From Planctomycetia bacterium (GTDB lineage Bacteria > Planctomycetota > Planctomycetia > Pirellulales > UBA1268): a stretch of 46,291 nt of DNA. Shown in pieces: positions 31,557 through 39,451 of this stretch; position 1 is the stretch's first letter, and every line of letters starts with the position of its first letter. The DNA lies in NCBI GenBank assembly GCA_037147115.1, contig JBAWVV010000001.1, positions 1-46,291 of the forward strand, read 5' to 3'. A program made the position numbers and the translations under genes. A model generated the notes under the pieces. That model had not been told where the DNA came from and did no database searches. It worked only from the letters and a program-made list of their open reading frames with translations.

Positions 31557-31629
31557 AGCTAGCGGCGGGAGTTGAACCCGCAACCACCTGATTACAAATC
31601 AGGTACTCTGCCAATTGAGCTACGCTAGC
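31557..31629 (-). tRNA. tRNA-Thr (anticodon TGT)
   Basis: 73-nt cloverleaf: GCTAGCG acceptor, anticodon arm CCTGA-TTTGTAA-TCAGG, T-arm GCGGG-TTCAACT-CCCGC. Confidence 0.9.
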
Positions 31630-31657
31630 CAGACCGTCCCGGGACGGGAAACACTTG

Positions 31658-31685
31658 AGTGTACGGATTCGGGAATCGCATGCAA
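31658..31685 (-). promoter_or_regulatory. Possible sigma70-type promoter for the tRNA-tuf cluster
   Basis: On the minus strand: TTGCAT (31685-31680), a 16-nt spacer, then TACACT (31663-31658), ending 28 nt upstream of the tRNA-Thr(TGT) 5' end. Only a partial match to the consensus, and promoter rules in this lineage are uncertain. Confidence 0.25.
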
Positions 31686-31770
31686 GACGGCCCCTCACCA
31701 TCCCGAGCAGATCGGTGCGGCAGGGCCAACGCGGGCCTGGAACAGGGCTCAAACCGCGGAGCTAACCCCT

Positions 31771-33009
31771 TCAATCGCCGAAATTGACGACGAGAATCGA
31801 CACGTCATCGAGGAGGTCACCCCCTCCTGCGAGGGCCTTGGTCGAGGCCACGACGGCGTCCAGGGCGGCCTCCCCCGGTCGGGTCTGGGAGATGATCAGG
31901 TCGCCGAAGGCCTGGGGGGACCCCATCGAACCATCGGGACAGGGGATCTCGAAGGCACCGTCGCTGAAAATCCACAGCGAGGCCTCTGCCGGAATATCAA
32001 TCTCCCGAGCCGAGAACTCGAGCCCATCGATTGCTCCCAGGAGCGGGTTGTCGGAATCGAGGGGGATCGCTGCCATTCCCGCGGATCCGGATGCGGATCC
32101 GGGCGCGGGGTGGACGAGGAGGGCCGCGGGGTGCCCTCCGCCGGCCCAGCGCAGCCTGCGGCGGCGGCGGTCGTGGACCCCGTACCAGATCGTGAAGAAC
32201 ATGTCGTTGTGCCGCTCCATCGGAAAGGCTCGGTTCAGCGCCGTGAGGACGGCCGCCGGATCCCGAAAATCGGTGTTCGGCAGCGCCTCACCGCGGATGG
32301 CGTTGAGGGCCGACACGCTCAACAGGGCGGCGCCGACGCCGTGGCCGCAGACATCGAGCAGGTAGATGGCGACCTGGTCGTCGTCGAGGCGGTGATAGCC
32401 GAAGGCGTCGCCCCCGAGATCCGCCGACGGGATGAACCGCCAATCGGCGCGGATCCCCGCCATCTCGCCCGGTGGGGGGAGGAGCGAGCGGACATACCTG
32501 GCGGCGCTGGCGAGGTCGTTGGCAAGCATCTCGCGGCTGAGGCGGAGTTCCGCGAACGCTAGGTTTCGCTCGAGGAGGGCGACGTACCCGCGCGAATGAT
32601 GGCGGACGCGCGCCACCAGCTCGACCCGGTCGGGCAGCTTGACGAGGTAGTCGTTGGCTCCGAGTGCGAACGCCTCGGCCTTGACCGCCGGCTCTTCCTT
32701 CGTCGACAGGACAATGATCGGAAGATCCTGGAAGCGCTCGTCGGCGCGCATCCGGCGAAGCACTTCAAGACCGTCGACCTCGGGCATCACGAGGTCGAGG
32801 AGGACGACCGTCGGACCGATCTCGGCGGCCATGGTCAATGCCGACGCGGGCTCTCGGCAGTAGTGGAAATCGAGCAAGTCCTCCCCGGCGAGCATCCGCC
32901 GGACCGCCTCGCCGATGATCGGTTGATCGTCAACAAGGAGCACCACGCCCCGGCGCGGGGCGGTCGCCAGGAGAGGGGATGAGTGACGCTGGAAAAGTGG
33001 GGGATTCAT
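31771..33009 (-). CDS. Response regulator: receiver (REC) domain fused to PP2C/SpoIIE-type serine phosphatase (RsbU-like)
   Basis: REC motifs: VVLLVDDQPIIGEAVRRML, VVLLDLVMPEVDGLEVLRRMR, IIVLSTKEE, GANDYLVKLPD. PP2C/SpoIIE motifs: ADLGGDAFGYH, IYLLDVCGHGVGAALLS, WIFSDGAFE, DDVSILVVNF. Start taken as the ATG at 33009; an alternative GTG lies at 33072. Confidence 0.85.
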   Translation of the reverse strand: MNPPLFQRHSSPLLATAPRRGVVLLVDDQPIIGEAVRRMLAGEDLLDFHYCREPASALTMAAEIGPTVVLLDLVMPEVDGLEVLRRMRADERFQDLPIIVLSTKEEPAVKAEAFALGANDYLVKLPDRVELVARVRHHSRGYVALLERNLAFAELRLSREMLANDLASAARYVRSLLPPPGEMAGIRADWRFIPSADLGGDAFGYHRLDDDQVAIYLLDVCGHGVGAALLSVSALNAIRGEALPNTDFRDPAAVLTALNRAFPMERHNDMFFTIWYGVHDRRRRRLRWAGGGHPAALLVHPAPGSASGSAGMAAIPLDSDNPLLGAIDGLEFSAREIDIPAEASLWIFSDGAFEIPCPDGSMGSPQAFGDLIISQTRPGEAALDAVVASTKALAGGGDLLDDVSILVVNFGD

Positions 33010-33315
33010 CACGGCGACGATTCGCTGGGCACCGGTGGGGGGAGCGGGGAACAGCTGCTCCGAAACCACCACAGCCTACCAAAAACATCAGCTTGCCCCC
33101 TATTTCCCCAGGGGAGGCGGGGATGATTCTCCGCGCCGTTTTCCGCTTCGCCGTGGCGACCGCTTTCCCAATCGAAAGGGGGTCGGATTCACCGCGGATG
33201 AATCAGACTGCCGATTCCTGTCATACTCGCGCTTCCGGGGCTTGGCGGCCACGCCGGATGGCCCGATCTCGCGTCCCCGGCGGCACAGTTCCGACCTTCA
33301 ATCTCCGGAACACCG

Positions 33316-36300
33316 ATGGGGACATCACCCGCATCTTCAATGTCCCCTGGGCCACCCTCCGCAGGCACCGCGATGCACGGAGGACACCAAAAAACGCCTC
33401 CTGTGAACGTCGCGGTGAGCACATCGGCCGCCCTTGAGTCTGACGCTCCATCCAGCGCTGCTCGGGAAGATGCGATCCGTCACGCCATCGCCCACGCCGC
33501 CCATTATCTCCCGGCCCAGGGGCCGATCGGCGTCTTCATCCATCACAACACGCTCCACGCCTTCGAGGAGCAGCCGTTCGAGCAGGCGGTCCTCCATGCG
33601 GCGCGGTTGTTCGGCACCGAGCCGTTCCTCTCCGAGGCACGCTACCGGGCGGAACTGAAGCGGGGGCGGATCCGGTTTGCCGACGTCGAGGCGGTCCTCG
33701 ACGCCGACCTCGGTGGGCGCGCCGGGGAATTGCTCGCTGGAGGCAGAATAAAGCTACGCGATCTTTGCCTGTCACTCATGGAACATCCGCTTTGTCAGGA
33801 GGATGACTCGGCCGTCCGCTGGACGCTCACGGAACATGGCGAAACCGTGGAGGACCCCGCCACCGCGGAGCTGTGGCATGCCTGCGTCGAGGCGGTGACG
33901 CTCTCCCGGGCCTCGATCGCAAGTGTCATTCCCCCGGTGCGGCTCCGGGATCTGATCGTGGCGGTGGAACCGTCGGTCGACACCGACGCCCTCGTCCATC
34001 CGTTGCTGATCCGTGTCTGTGCTGCCTACCTCGACCAGGGGGTGGCGTCGTGGCCGATGCCGGGAAGGGATCGGGGGCTGCTGGCGGCGGTGGCCGAACT
34101 CTACTCCCGACCGGGCGGGCCAACCGAGCCTTGGACTGCCCGGCTCGCGGCGGCGCTCGCGGAGGTCCGCGGCCGCCGGCCTGTCGAGGTCATCGCCACG
34201 GAGCTCGACCGGATCGGTATCCTTCCGACGTTTCAGGAGGAATACATCTGCCGTTCCCTGCTGGCCCTGCGGGGCTGGGCCGGGATGATCCGGCAATTCG
34301 AGGAGCGGCCCGATCGAGTGCCCGTGGTCGCTGTTCCGGCCACGCTCGAGGACTTCCTCGCCCTGCGATTGGTGTTTGATCGGGTTGCTGCGGAATCGGT
34401 GGCCCCGCGCTTCGGGCGTCCCGACGATCTCCCCGGACTGTGGGTCGAACTGCGCGACCGTCATCCTTCCCGACGAGGCCCGGGGAGCGTGGCGCGGGCC
34501 TTTCTGCTCTGCCAGGTGGCCCAGCATCTCGGCCTCGCCGCCCACGACATCCTCCCCCTCGACGACAACGAAATCGTCCGGCTGGAGCGCGCGATCCACG
34601 GCTTCGACGGCCTCACGCGCCGGCGGTTGTTTCATCTTGCGTATGAACGCCGTCACCGGATCCAGATCCTCGACGCGCTCGTCGCCAACGGTGCGTTGGC
34701 GACGCCTCCCAGCCCGGACCGCCCCCGTCTCCAGATGGTGTTTTGCATTGACGAGCGGTGCGAGAGTTTTCGCCGGCATGTGGAGGAACAAGGGGCCGAA
34801 TACGAGACGTTCGGCACCGCCGGATTCTTTGCCGTGCCGATGTACTACCGCGGCATCGACGATTGGATGGCCAAGCCCCTCTGTCCGATCGTGGTTCGAC
34901 CAGCGCATACGGTGGTTGAGGTCCCGAAGGACGCCGCCATCGCATCGCACAAGTTGCGGCAGGCGGTGCGCCGTCGCCTGGGGCAGATCGTCGGCAGTGT
35001 CTCCAGCGGCTCCACGACCCTCGTCCGCGGAGGCCTGTTCACGGCCATCGGCGGGGCGTTGGCGGCCGTCCCGCTGGTGGCCCGGGTGGCGTTTCCGCAG
35101 CTCACCGCCTGGCTCGGGCGACGCGTCGCCCAGGTGGCCAGGATTCCCACCCGGCTGGAGCTTGAACGCCACGACGATTCCCGCTTGCCAGATGGCACAA
35201 GCCCCGGTTTCGATCTGGCCGAGATGACCGCGATCGTCCGCCGCGTGCTTGAGGATATCGGGCTCACCGACCGTTTCGCGCGGCTCGTGGCGATCATTGG
35301 GCATGGTTCGTCGAGCCGCAACAATCCCCATGAGAGTGCCTACGATTGCGGCGCCTGCGGAGGGGGACGTGGCGGTCCGAATGCACGGGCCTTCGCCCAG
35401 ATGGCCAACGACGCCCGTGTCCGGGAGCGGCTCGCGGCGACGGGGTTGGTGATTCCGGCCGACTGCCGCTTCCTCGGCGGGATGCAGGACACCTGTGCGG
35501 ACAGCGTCGAGTGGTACGACGCCGATCTCGTGCCCCACGATCACCGGGACGATCTGGCGAGACTCATTGCGGTGATCGACGTGGCGCGGAAGGGCAACGC
35601 GCATGAACGCTGCCGGCGGTTTGAATCGGCCCCGCTCGATATCGAGCCCGCGGAAGCGCTGCGGCACGTCGAGGGGCGATCGGGGGACCTCGCCCAGGTG
35701 CGCCCCGAACTCGGCCACGCCACCAACGCGGTGTGTGTCATCGGCCGTCGGTGGCGCACGCGCGGGCTGTTTCTCGATCGTCGCGCGTTCCTCGTCTCCT
35801 ACGATCCCCGGGCTGACGAGGACGGCGCGATCCTCACCCGCACCCTGGCCGCGGTTGGACCGGTGGGCGCTGGCATCAACCTGGAGTATTTCTTCTCCTC
35901 GATCGATCCGGTCGGGTACGGCAGTAGCACGAAGCTCCCGCACAACATCAGTGGCCTGATTGGCGTCATGGATGGGCATGCCAGCGACCTGCGCACCGGG
36001 TTGCCGTGGCAGATGGTCGAGATTCATGAGCCGGTTCGGCTGCTGATCGTGATCGATGCCCCCCAGGAGCAGATCTTGGCCGCAGCCGAACGAATCCCCG
36101 CCGTGAAGCAACTCGTCGTCAATCGCTGGGTGCAATTGGCGGCCTGGGATCCACAGGGAGAGGCGATGGCGGTTTTCGAGAACGGCCGGTTCGTGCCCTT
36201 CGTGCCCGAGATGGCGCAGATCCCGGTCGTGCCCGGATCGGCAGACTGGTACAGAGGGCACCGCGGCCATCTTCCGCCGGCCCGCGTCACGCGGGAAACA

Positions 36301-36372
36301 GTTGCGGGCTCCCTCCGGCCACGCCGGAAGACCGACGGACGACCGACCACGTCCGGGAGCCAGAACGCATGA
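33316..36372 (+). CDS. dabA: DabA-type (DUF2309/UPF0753) inorganic-carbon pump subunit, beta-carbonic-anhydrase-like
   Basis: Family hallmarks: YLPAQGPIGVFIHHNTLHAFE, VFCIDERCESFRRHVEEQGAEYETFGTAGFF (Cys/Asp at ~34744-34752), IIGHGSSSRNNPHESAYDCGACGGGRGGPNAR (His ~35302, Cys ~35347), DLRTGLPWQMV. The start is uncertain (33316, 33373, or GTG at 33403/33415). Confidence 0.85.
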   Translation: MGTSPASSMSPGPPSAGTAMHGGHQKTPPVNVAVSTSAALESDAPSSAAREDAIRHAIAHAAHYLPAQGPIGVFIHHNTLHAFEEQPFEQAVLHAARLFGTEPFLSEARYRAELKRGRIRFADVEAVLDADLGGRAGELLAGGRIKLRDLCLSLMEHPLCQEDDSAVRWTLTEHGETVEDPATAELWHACVEAVTLSRASIASVIPPVRLRDLIVAVEPSVDTDALVHPLLIRVCAAYLDQGVASWPMPGRDRGLLAAVAELYSRPGGPTEPWTARLAAALAEVRGRRPVEVIATELDRIGILPTFQEEYICRSLLALRGWAGMIRQFEERPDRVPVVAVPATLEDFLALRLVFDRVAAESVAPRFGRPDDLPGLWVELRDRHPSRRGPGSVARAFLLCQVAQHLGLAAHDILPLDDNEIVRLERAIHGFDGLTRRRLFHLAYERRHRIQILDALVANGALATPPSPDRPRLQMVFCIDERCESFRRHVEEQGAEYETFGTAGFFAVPMYYRGIDDWMAKPLCPIVVRPAHTVVEVPKDAAIASHKLRQAVRRRLGQIVGSVSSGSTTLVRGGLFTAIGGALAAVPLVARVAFPQLTAWLGRRVAQVARIPTRLELERHDDSRLPDGTSPGFDLAEMTAIVRRVLEDIGLTDRFARLVAIIGHGSSSRNNPHESAYDCGACGGGRGGPNARAFAQMANDARVRERLAATGLVIPADCRFLGGMQDTCADSVEWYDADLVPHDHRDDLARLIAVIDVARKGNAHERCRRFESAPLDIEPAEALRHVEGRSGDLAQVRPELGHATNAVCVIGRRWRTRGLFLDRRAFLVSYDPRADEDGAILTRTLAAVGPVGAGINLEYFFSSIDPVGYGSSTKLPHNISGLIGVMDGHASDLRTGLPWQMVEIHEPVRLLIVIDAPQEQILAAAERIPAVKQLVVNRWVQLAAWDPQGEAMAVFENGRFVPFVPEMAQIPVVPGSADWYRGHRGHLPPARVTRETVAGSLRPRRKTDGRPTTSGSQNA

Positions 36373-37811
36373 CGATTCCCGCTGTGTTGGTACCAGCGTG
36401 TCCGCTGTTCGGCTCGTTCGGCGTTGCGACCGCCTCGGCCCATGCGATCGTCGCGACGCTCGTCGTCCTCCAGCTCGCGGCGCCGGCCCTGACCCTCGTC
36501 CTCGTCGGCTTGCCGGCGCTCCTCGATCGGCCCTTGTCGGAGCGTGTTACCACCCGCCTGGTCGGTTCGGCGTTTACGGTGGCGTTCCTCGCCGGACTGA
36601 CGACCCTCATGGTGCTCTCGACGCGGGGATTCGCCCCGGAGCAGGTCCACCTCGGCACCTGGTTCTCGGTCGGGCACCACGACGCCACCATCGACCTCGT
36701 GGCGGACGGATTGTCGGTGCCGTATGTCTGCTTCTCGACCGGCTTGTGTGCGCTGGTCAATGCCTTCGCCGGGAAATACCTCCACCGCGAGCCCGGGTTC
36801 ACCAGGTTCTTCGTCCTCCTGGCGCTGTTTGGCACCGGGATGAATCTGATGGTGCTCGCCGGGAGCATCGACGTGCTGTTCGCAGGGTGGGAGTTCCTCG
36901 GCATTTCCTCGACGATGCTGATCGCCTTCTTCCACGAGCGCACCAACGCCCTCAAGGCCGCCCTGCGGGCTTTCACCACCTACCGGATCTGCGATGTCGG
37001 CCTGCTCGCCGCCGGCGTCATGATCCACCGGGCGGTCGGGTCAGGGGATTTTGAACGGCTCTTCGGTGGCGTCTGGCCGAACGCCCACTCGCTCGTCTCC
37101 CCTGGAAACGCGACACTCGTGTCGCTCCTGCTGGTGTTCGCGGCGATGGGAAAGAGCGCCCAGGTGCCCTTCTCAAACTGGCTGCCGCGGGCGATGGAGG
37201 GGCCGACCCCGTCGAGCGCGATCTTCTACGGCGCCTTGTCGATCCACGCCGGTGCCTACGTGCTGCTGCGGTGCGAAGCGCTCCTCGATGCGGCGCCGCT
37301 GGCCCGGTTCGTGCTCGTCGCCATCGGAGTCTCCACGGCGGTTCATGCCGCTCTCGTCGGACGCGTTCAGACCGATCTCAAGAGCATGCTCGCCTATGCC
37401 TCAATGACCCAGTCGGGAATCATCTTCGCCGAGATCGGTCTCGGATTCCGGGTTGTAGCGCTGGTCCATATCGTCAGCCACGCGATCCTCCGCAGCCTCC
37501 AGATCCTCCGCTCCCCCTCGGCGCTCCATGACCGGCATGAGCTCGAGGCGGCGCTCGGCGGACATCCCGGCGCCGCGTCCTGGTCGGCCGTCCGGCTCCT
37601 GCCGGAAAGCGCGCAAACCTGGCTCTACCGGGTGGCCCTCGACCGCGGCTTCGAGGAGATGGCGCTGTCGCGATTCGTAGTGGGGCCGGTATGGAGGTTT
37701 CTCGAATGGCTCGGCGCGGCGGAGCTGCGCTGGATCGACTGGCTGGGCACGCGCCCGGAGGATCGGGCGCGGGACCTTGTCGAGCGGCGGATGCACGGGA
37801 GGTCGCGTTGA
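36369..37811 (+). CDS. dabB: NuoL/ND5-type proton-conducting membrane subunit (DabB-like)
   Basis: The ATG overlaps the dabA stop (ATGA, 36369-36372). 480 aa, polytopic. Contains LFAGWEFLGISSTMLIAFFH (TM5 Glu) and AAMGKSAQVPFSNWLPRAMEGPTPSSAIFYGALSIHAGAY (TM7 Lys plus the broken-helix motif). Confidence 0.85.
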   Translation: MTIPAVLVPACPLFGSFGVATASAHAIVATLVVLQLAAPALTLVLVGLPALLDRPLSERVTTRLVGSAFTVAFLAGLTTLMVLSTRGFAPEQVHLGTWFSVGHHDATIDLVADGLSVPYVCFSTGLCALVNAFAGKYLHREPGFTRFFVLLALFGTGMNLMVLAGSIDVLFAGWEFLGISSTMLIAFFHERTNALKAALRAFTTYRICDVGLLAAGVMIHRAVGSGDFERLFGGVWPNAHSLVSPGNATLVSLLLVFAAMGKSAQVPFSNWLPRAMEGPTPSSAIFYGALSIHAGAYVLLRCEALLDAAPLARFVLVAIGVSTAVHAALVGRVQTDLKSMLAYASMTQSGIIFAEIGLGFRVVALVHIVSHAILRSLQILRSPSALHDRHELEAALGGHPGAASWSAVRLLPESAQTWLYRVALDRGFEEMALSRFVVGPVWRFLEWLGAAELRWIDWLGTRPEDRARDLVERRMHGRSR

Positions 37812-39292
37812 ATCTCGATGGCCAAGTCATCCCGCTGGTGGCGGCGCTGACGGCCGCGATCGCAGCGCCGTTGGCGGCGGCCCTCCACGTCGGCCGCGGC
37901 GGGAGCCAGGCGGGCCCGCGGACGCCGGCGATCGTGAGCCTGCTGGTGTCGTTGGTCGCCAGCCTGACGATCACCCGCGCTTGGATGAGCGGGCCGGAGG
38001 TCACGCTCGAGTTGGGGCAGCGGCTCGGTGGCGGCTACCTCGTCCATGTCGATGGGCTGACGGCCGTCCTCCTTCCCTTTGTGGCGCTGGTGGAACTGGC
38101 GATCGTGATGGTCGCACCGAAGCGGTTCCTCGACGGCCCGGCGACGGTGCGGATCCTCCTCGGCGCCGCCACGACGCTCGCCCTGTTTGCCACGTCCCAT
38201 CCGCTCGTCCTGATCGTGGCCTGGGTGGTGACAGCACTCCCCACCTGGTCGAGCACACGGGCGACGCCGGGCGGGCAGATCGCAGCCCGGGTCTACGCGA
38301 TCATCATGACGATCGCCGTTGCCTGCATGACCGTCGGCACGCTGATGATGATCGCCGACCCGCCGTGGGAGGCCGGGGGAGGCGCCGTCGGCGCCTCCGG
38401 CGGCTGGCTGGTCGCCCTGGCGGTGCTGGTCCGGAAGGGGATCGTGCCGTTTCACTCCTGGTATCCGGCGCTGTTCCGCGGCGCGCCGATGTCGACGGCG
38501 CTGGCCGCCACGGTTCCCCAGATCGCCTCCTACACCGCCGTGCGGCTGTTCTTCGGTCATGCCGACCATGGCGATGGCGTGGGGGCAGAGCTGATCGTCC
38601 TCTCGCAGCTAGCACTGCTGACAGCCACCTACGGCGCGGCCCTGGCGCTGGTGCAGCGCGATCTGCGCGGGCTCATCGGGACCTTGGCGATGAGCCAGTC
38701 GGCGCTCGTCCTGGCAGGACTGGCCGGCAAGCTACCGATGGAGCTCAACGGCGCCTTCTGCACCTGGATCTCGAGCGGGCTGGCGCTGACGGGGCTGGGG
38801 CTTGTCGGTTGGGCCCTCGAGAGTCGGGCCGGGCCGCTGTCGCTGGAATCACCGCAGGGCCGCTTCGCCGACGCTCCGCTCCTGGCGGCCTTCTTCCTCC
38901 TCTTTGGGCTCTCGACCATCGGCCTGCCCGGGACGCTGTCGTTCGTGGCCGACGATCTCCTCGTGTCGGGGAGCCTCGACGAACAGCTCCACGCCGGGTT
39001 GCTCGTGATCGCGGCGACGGTCCTCTCCGCGATCGCGGTGATGCGTGCCTGGCTGATGGTCTTCGGCGGGCCGTCGAGCGTTGACGGTCCGCGCCACCAC
39101 GTTCTCCCCCGTGAACGGATCGCGCTGACGGCCCTGTTCGCCACGATCGTCCTCCTCGGACTCTGGCCCGCGCCGCTGGTGCGGGAATTGGAACGCGCCG
39201 GGAGCGAACTGCTCGGCGTGCCGGTCGAGGCGCACGGCCGTGGCGCCGAGGCGACCGGGCAGGCAGACCATGCCAACGGCAGCGGTTCCTGA
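37808..39292 (+). CDS. Second antiporter-like subunit, divergent NuoM/NuoN (ND4/ND2)-type
   Basis: The TTG at 37808 overlaps the previous stop (TTGA), with GGGAGG at 37797-37802. About 494 aa, polytopic. Contains VRKGIVPFHSWYPALFRGAPMSTALAATVPQIASYTAVRL and LRGLIGTLAMSQSALVLAGL, typical of the Proton_antipo_M family. Confidence 0.75.
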   Translation: MNLDGQVIPLVAALTAAIAAPLAAALHVGRGGSQAGPRTPAIVSLLVSLVASLTITRAWMSGPEVTLELGQRLGGGYLVHVDGLTAVLLPFVALVELAIVMVAPKRFLDGPATVRILLGAATTLALFATSHPLVLIVAWVVTALPTWSSTRATPGGQIAARVYAIIMTIAVACMTVGTLMMIADPPWEAGGGAVGASGGWLVALAVLVRKGIVPFHSWYPALFRGAPMSTALAATVPQIASYTAVRLFFGHADHGDGVGAELIVLSQLALLTATYGAALALVQRDLRGLIGTLAMSQSALVLAGLAGKLPMELNGAFCTWISSGLALTGLGLVGWALESRAGPLSLESPQGRFADAPLLAAFFLLFGLSTIGLPGTLSFVADDLLVSGSLDEQLHAGLLVIAATVLSAIAVMRAWLMVFGGPSSVDGPRHHVLPRERIALTALFATIVLLGLWPAPLVRELERAGSELLGVPVEAHGRGAEATGQADHANGSGS

Positions 39293-39399
39293 CTCGCCGA
39301 TTCGGCCACACCGGGGACCGGGACTCGCTGATCGGCACAATTCGGAATCCCTACGATGGCGGGGTTTGATCAGCCCCCGGAATCATTTACCGTTCGGCT

Positions 39400-39434
39400 C
39401 CGAGATTTCGTCGAGGAATCCGGGCCGAGATTTC
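39400..39434 (+). repeat. 10-nt perfect direct repeat CCGAGATTTC x2 (25-nt period) in the leader of the PEP-CTERM gene
   Basis: Copies at 39400-39409 and 39425-39434. The second copy ends 17 nt before the ATG at 39452. Confidence 0.8.
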
Positions 39435-39451
39435 CTTCCAGCGAGGTGTTC

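Noticed and set aside
33123-33437. 105-codon ORF with a strong SD (GGGGAGG, then ATG at 33123) in the REC-PP2C/dabA divergent region
   Set aside because: The translation is Arg-rich and motif-free (MILRAVFRFAVATAFPIERGSDSPRMNQ...RRHRDARRTPKN). It overlaps the likely dabA start region. I cannot exclude a small leader peptide, but there is no positive support.
33772-36270. 832-aa ORF on the minus strand, antisense to dabA
   Set aside because: It is a mirror-frame open reading frame of the kind expected in GC-rich DNA. The translation is Arg/His/Asp/Gly-rich with no motifs, whereas the plus-strand product has unmistakable DabA signatures.
39331-39350. Sigma54-type promoter (GGCAC at 39333-39337) upstream of the PEP-CTERM gene
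   Set aside because: The -12 GC element is missing at the required GG-N10-GC spacing (the sequence reads GGCACAATTCGGAA).
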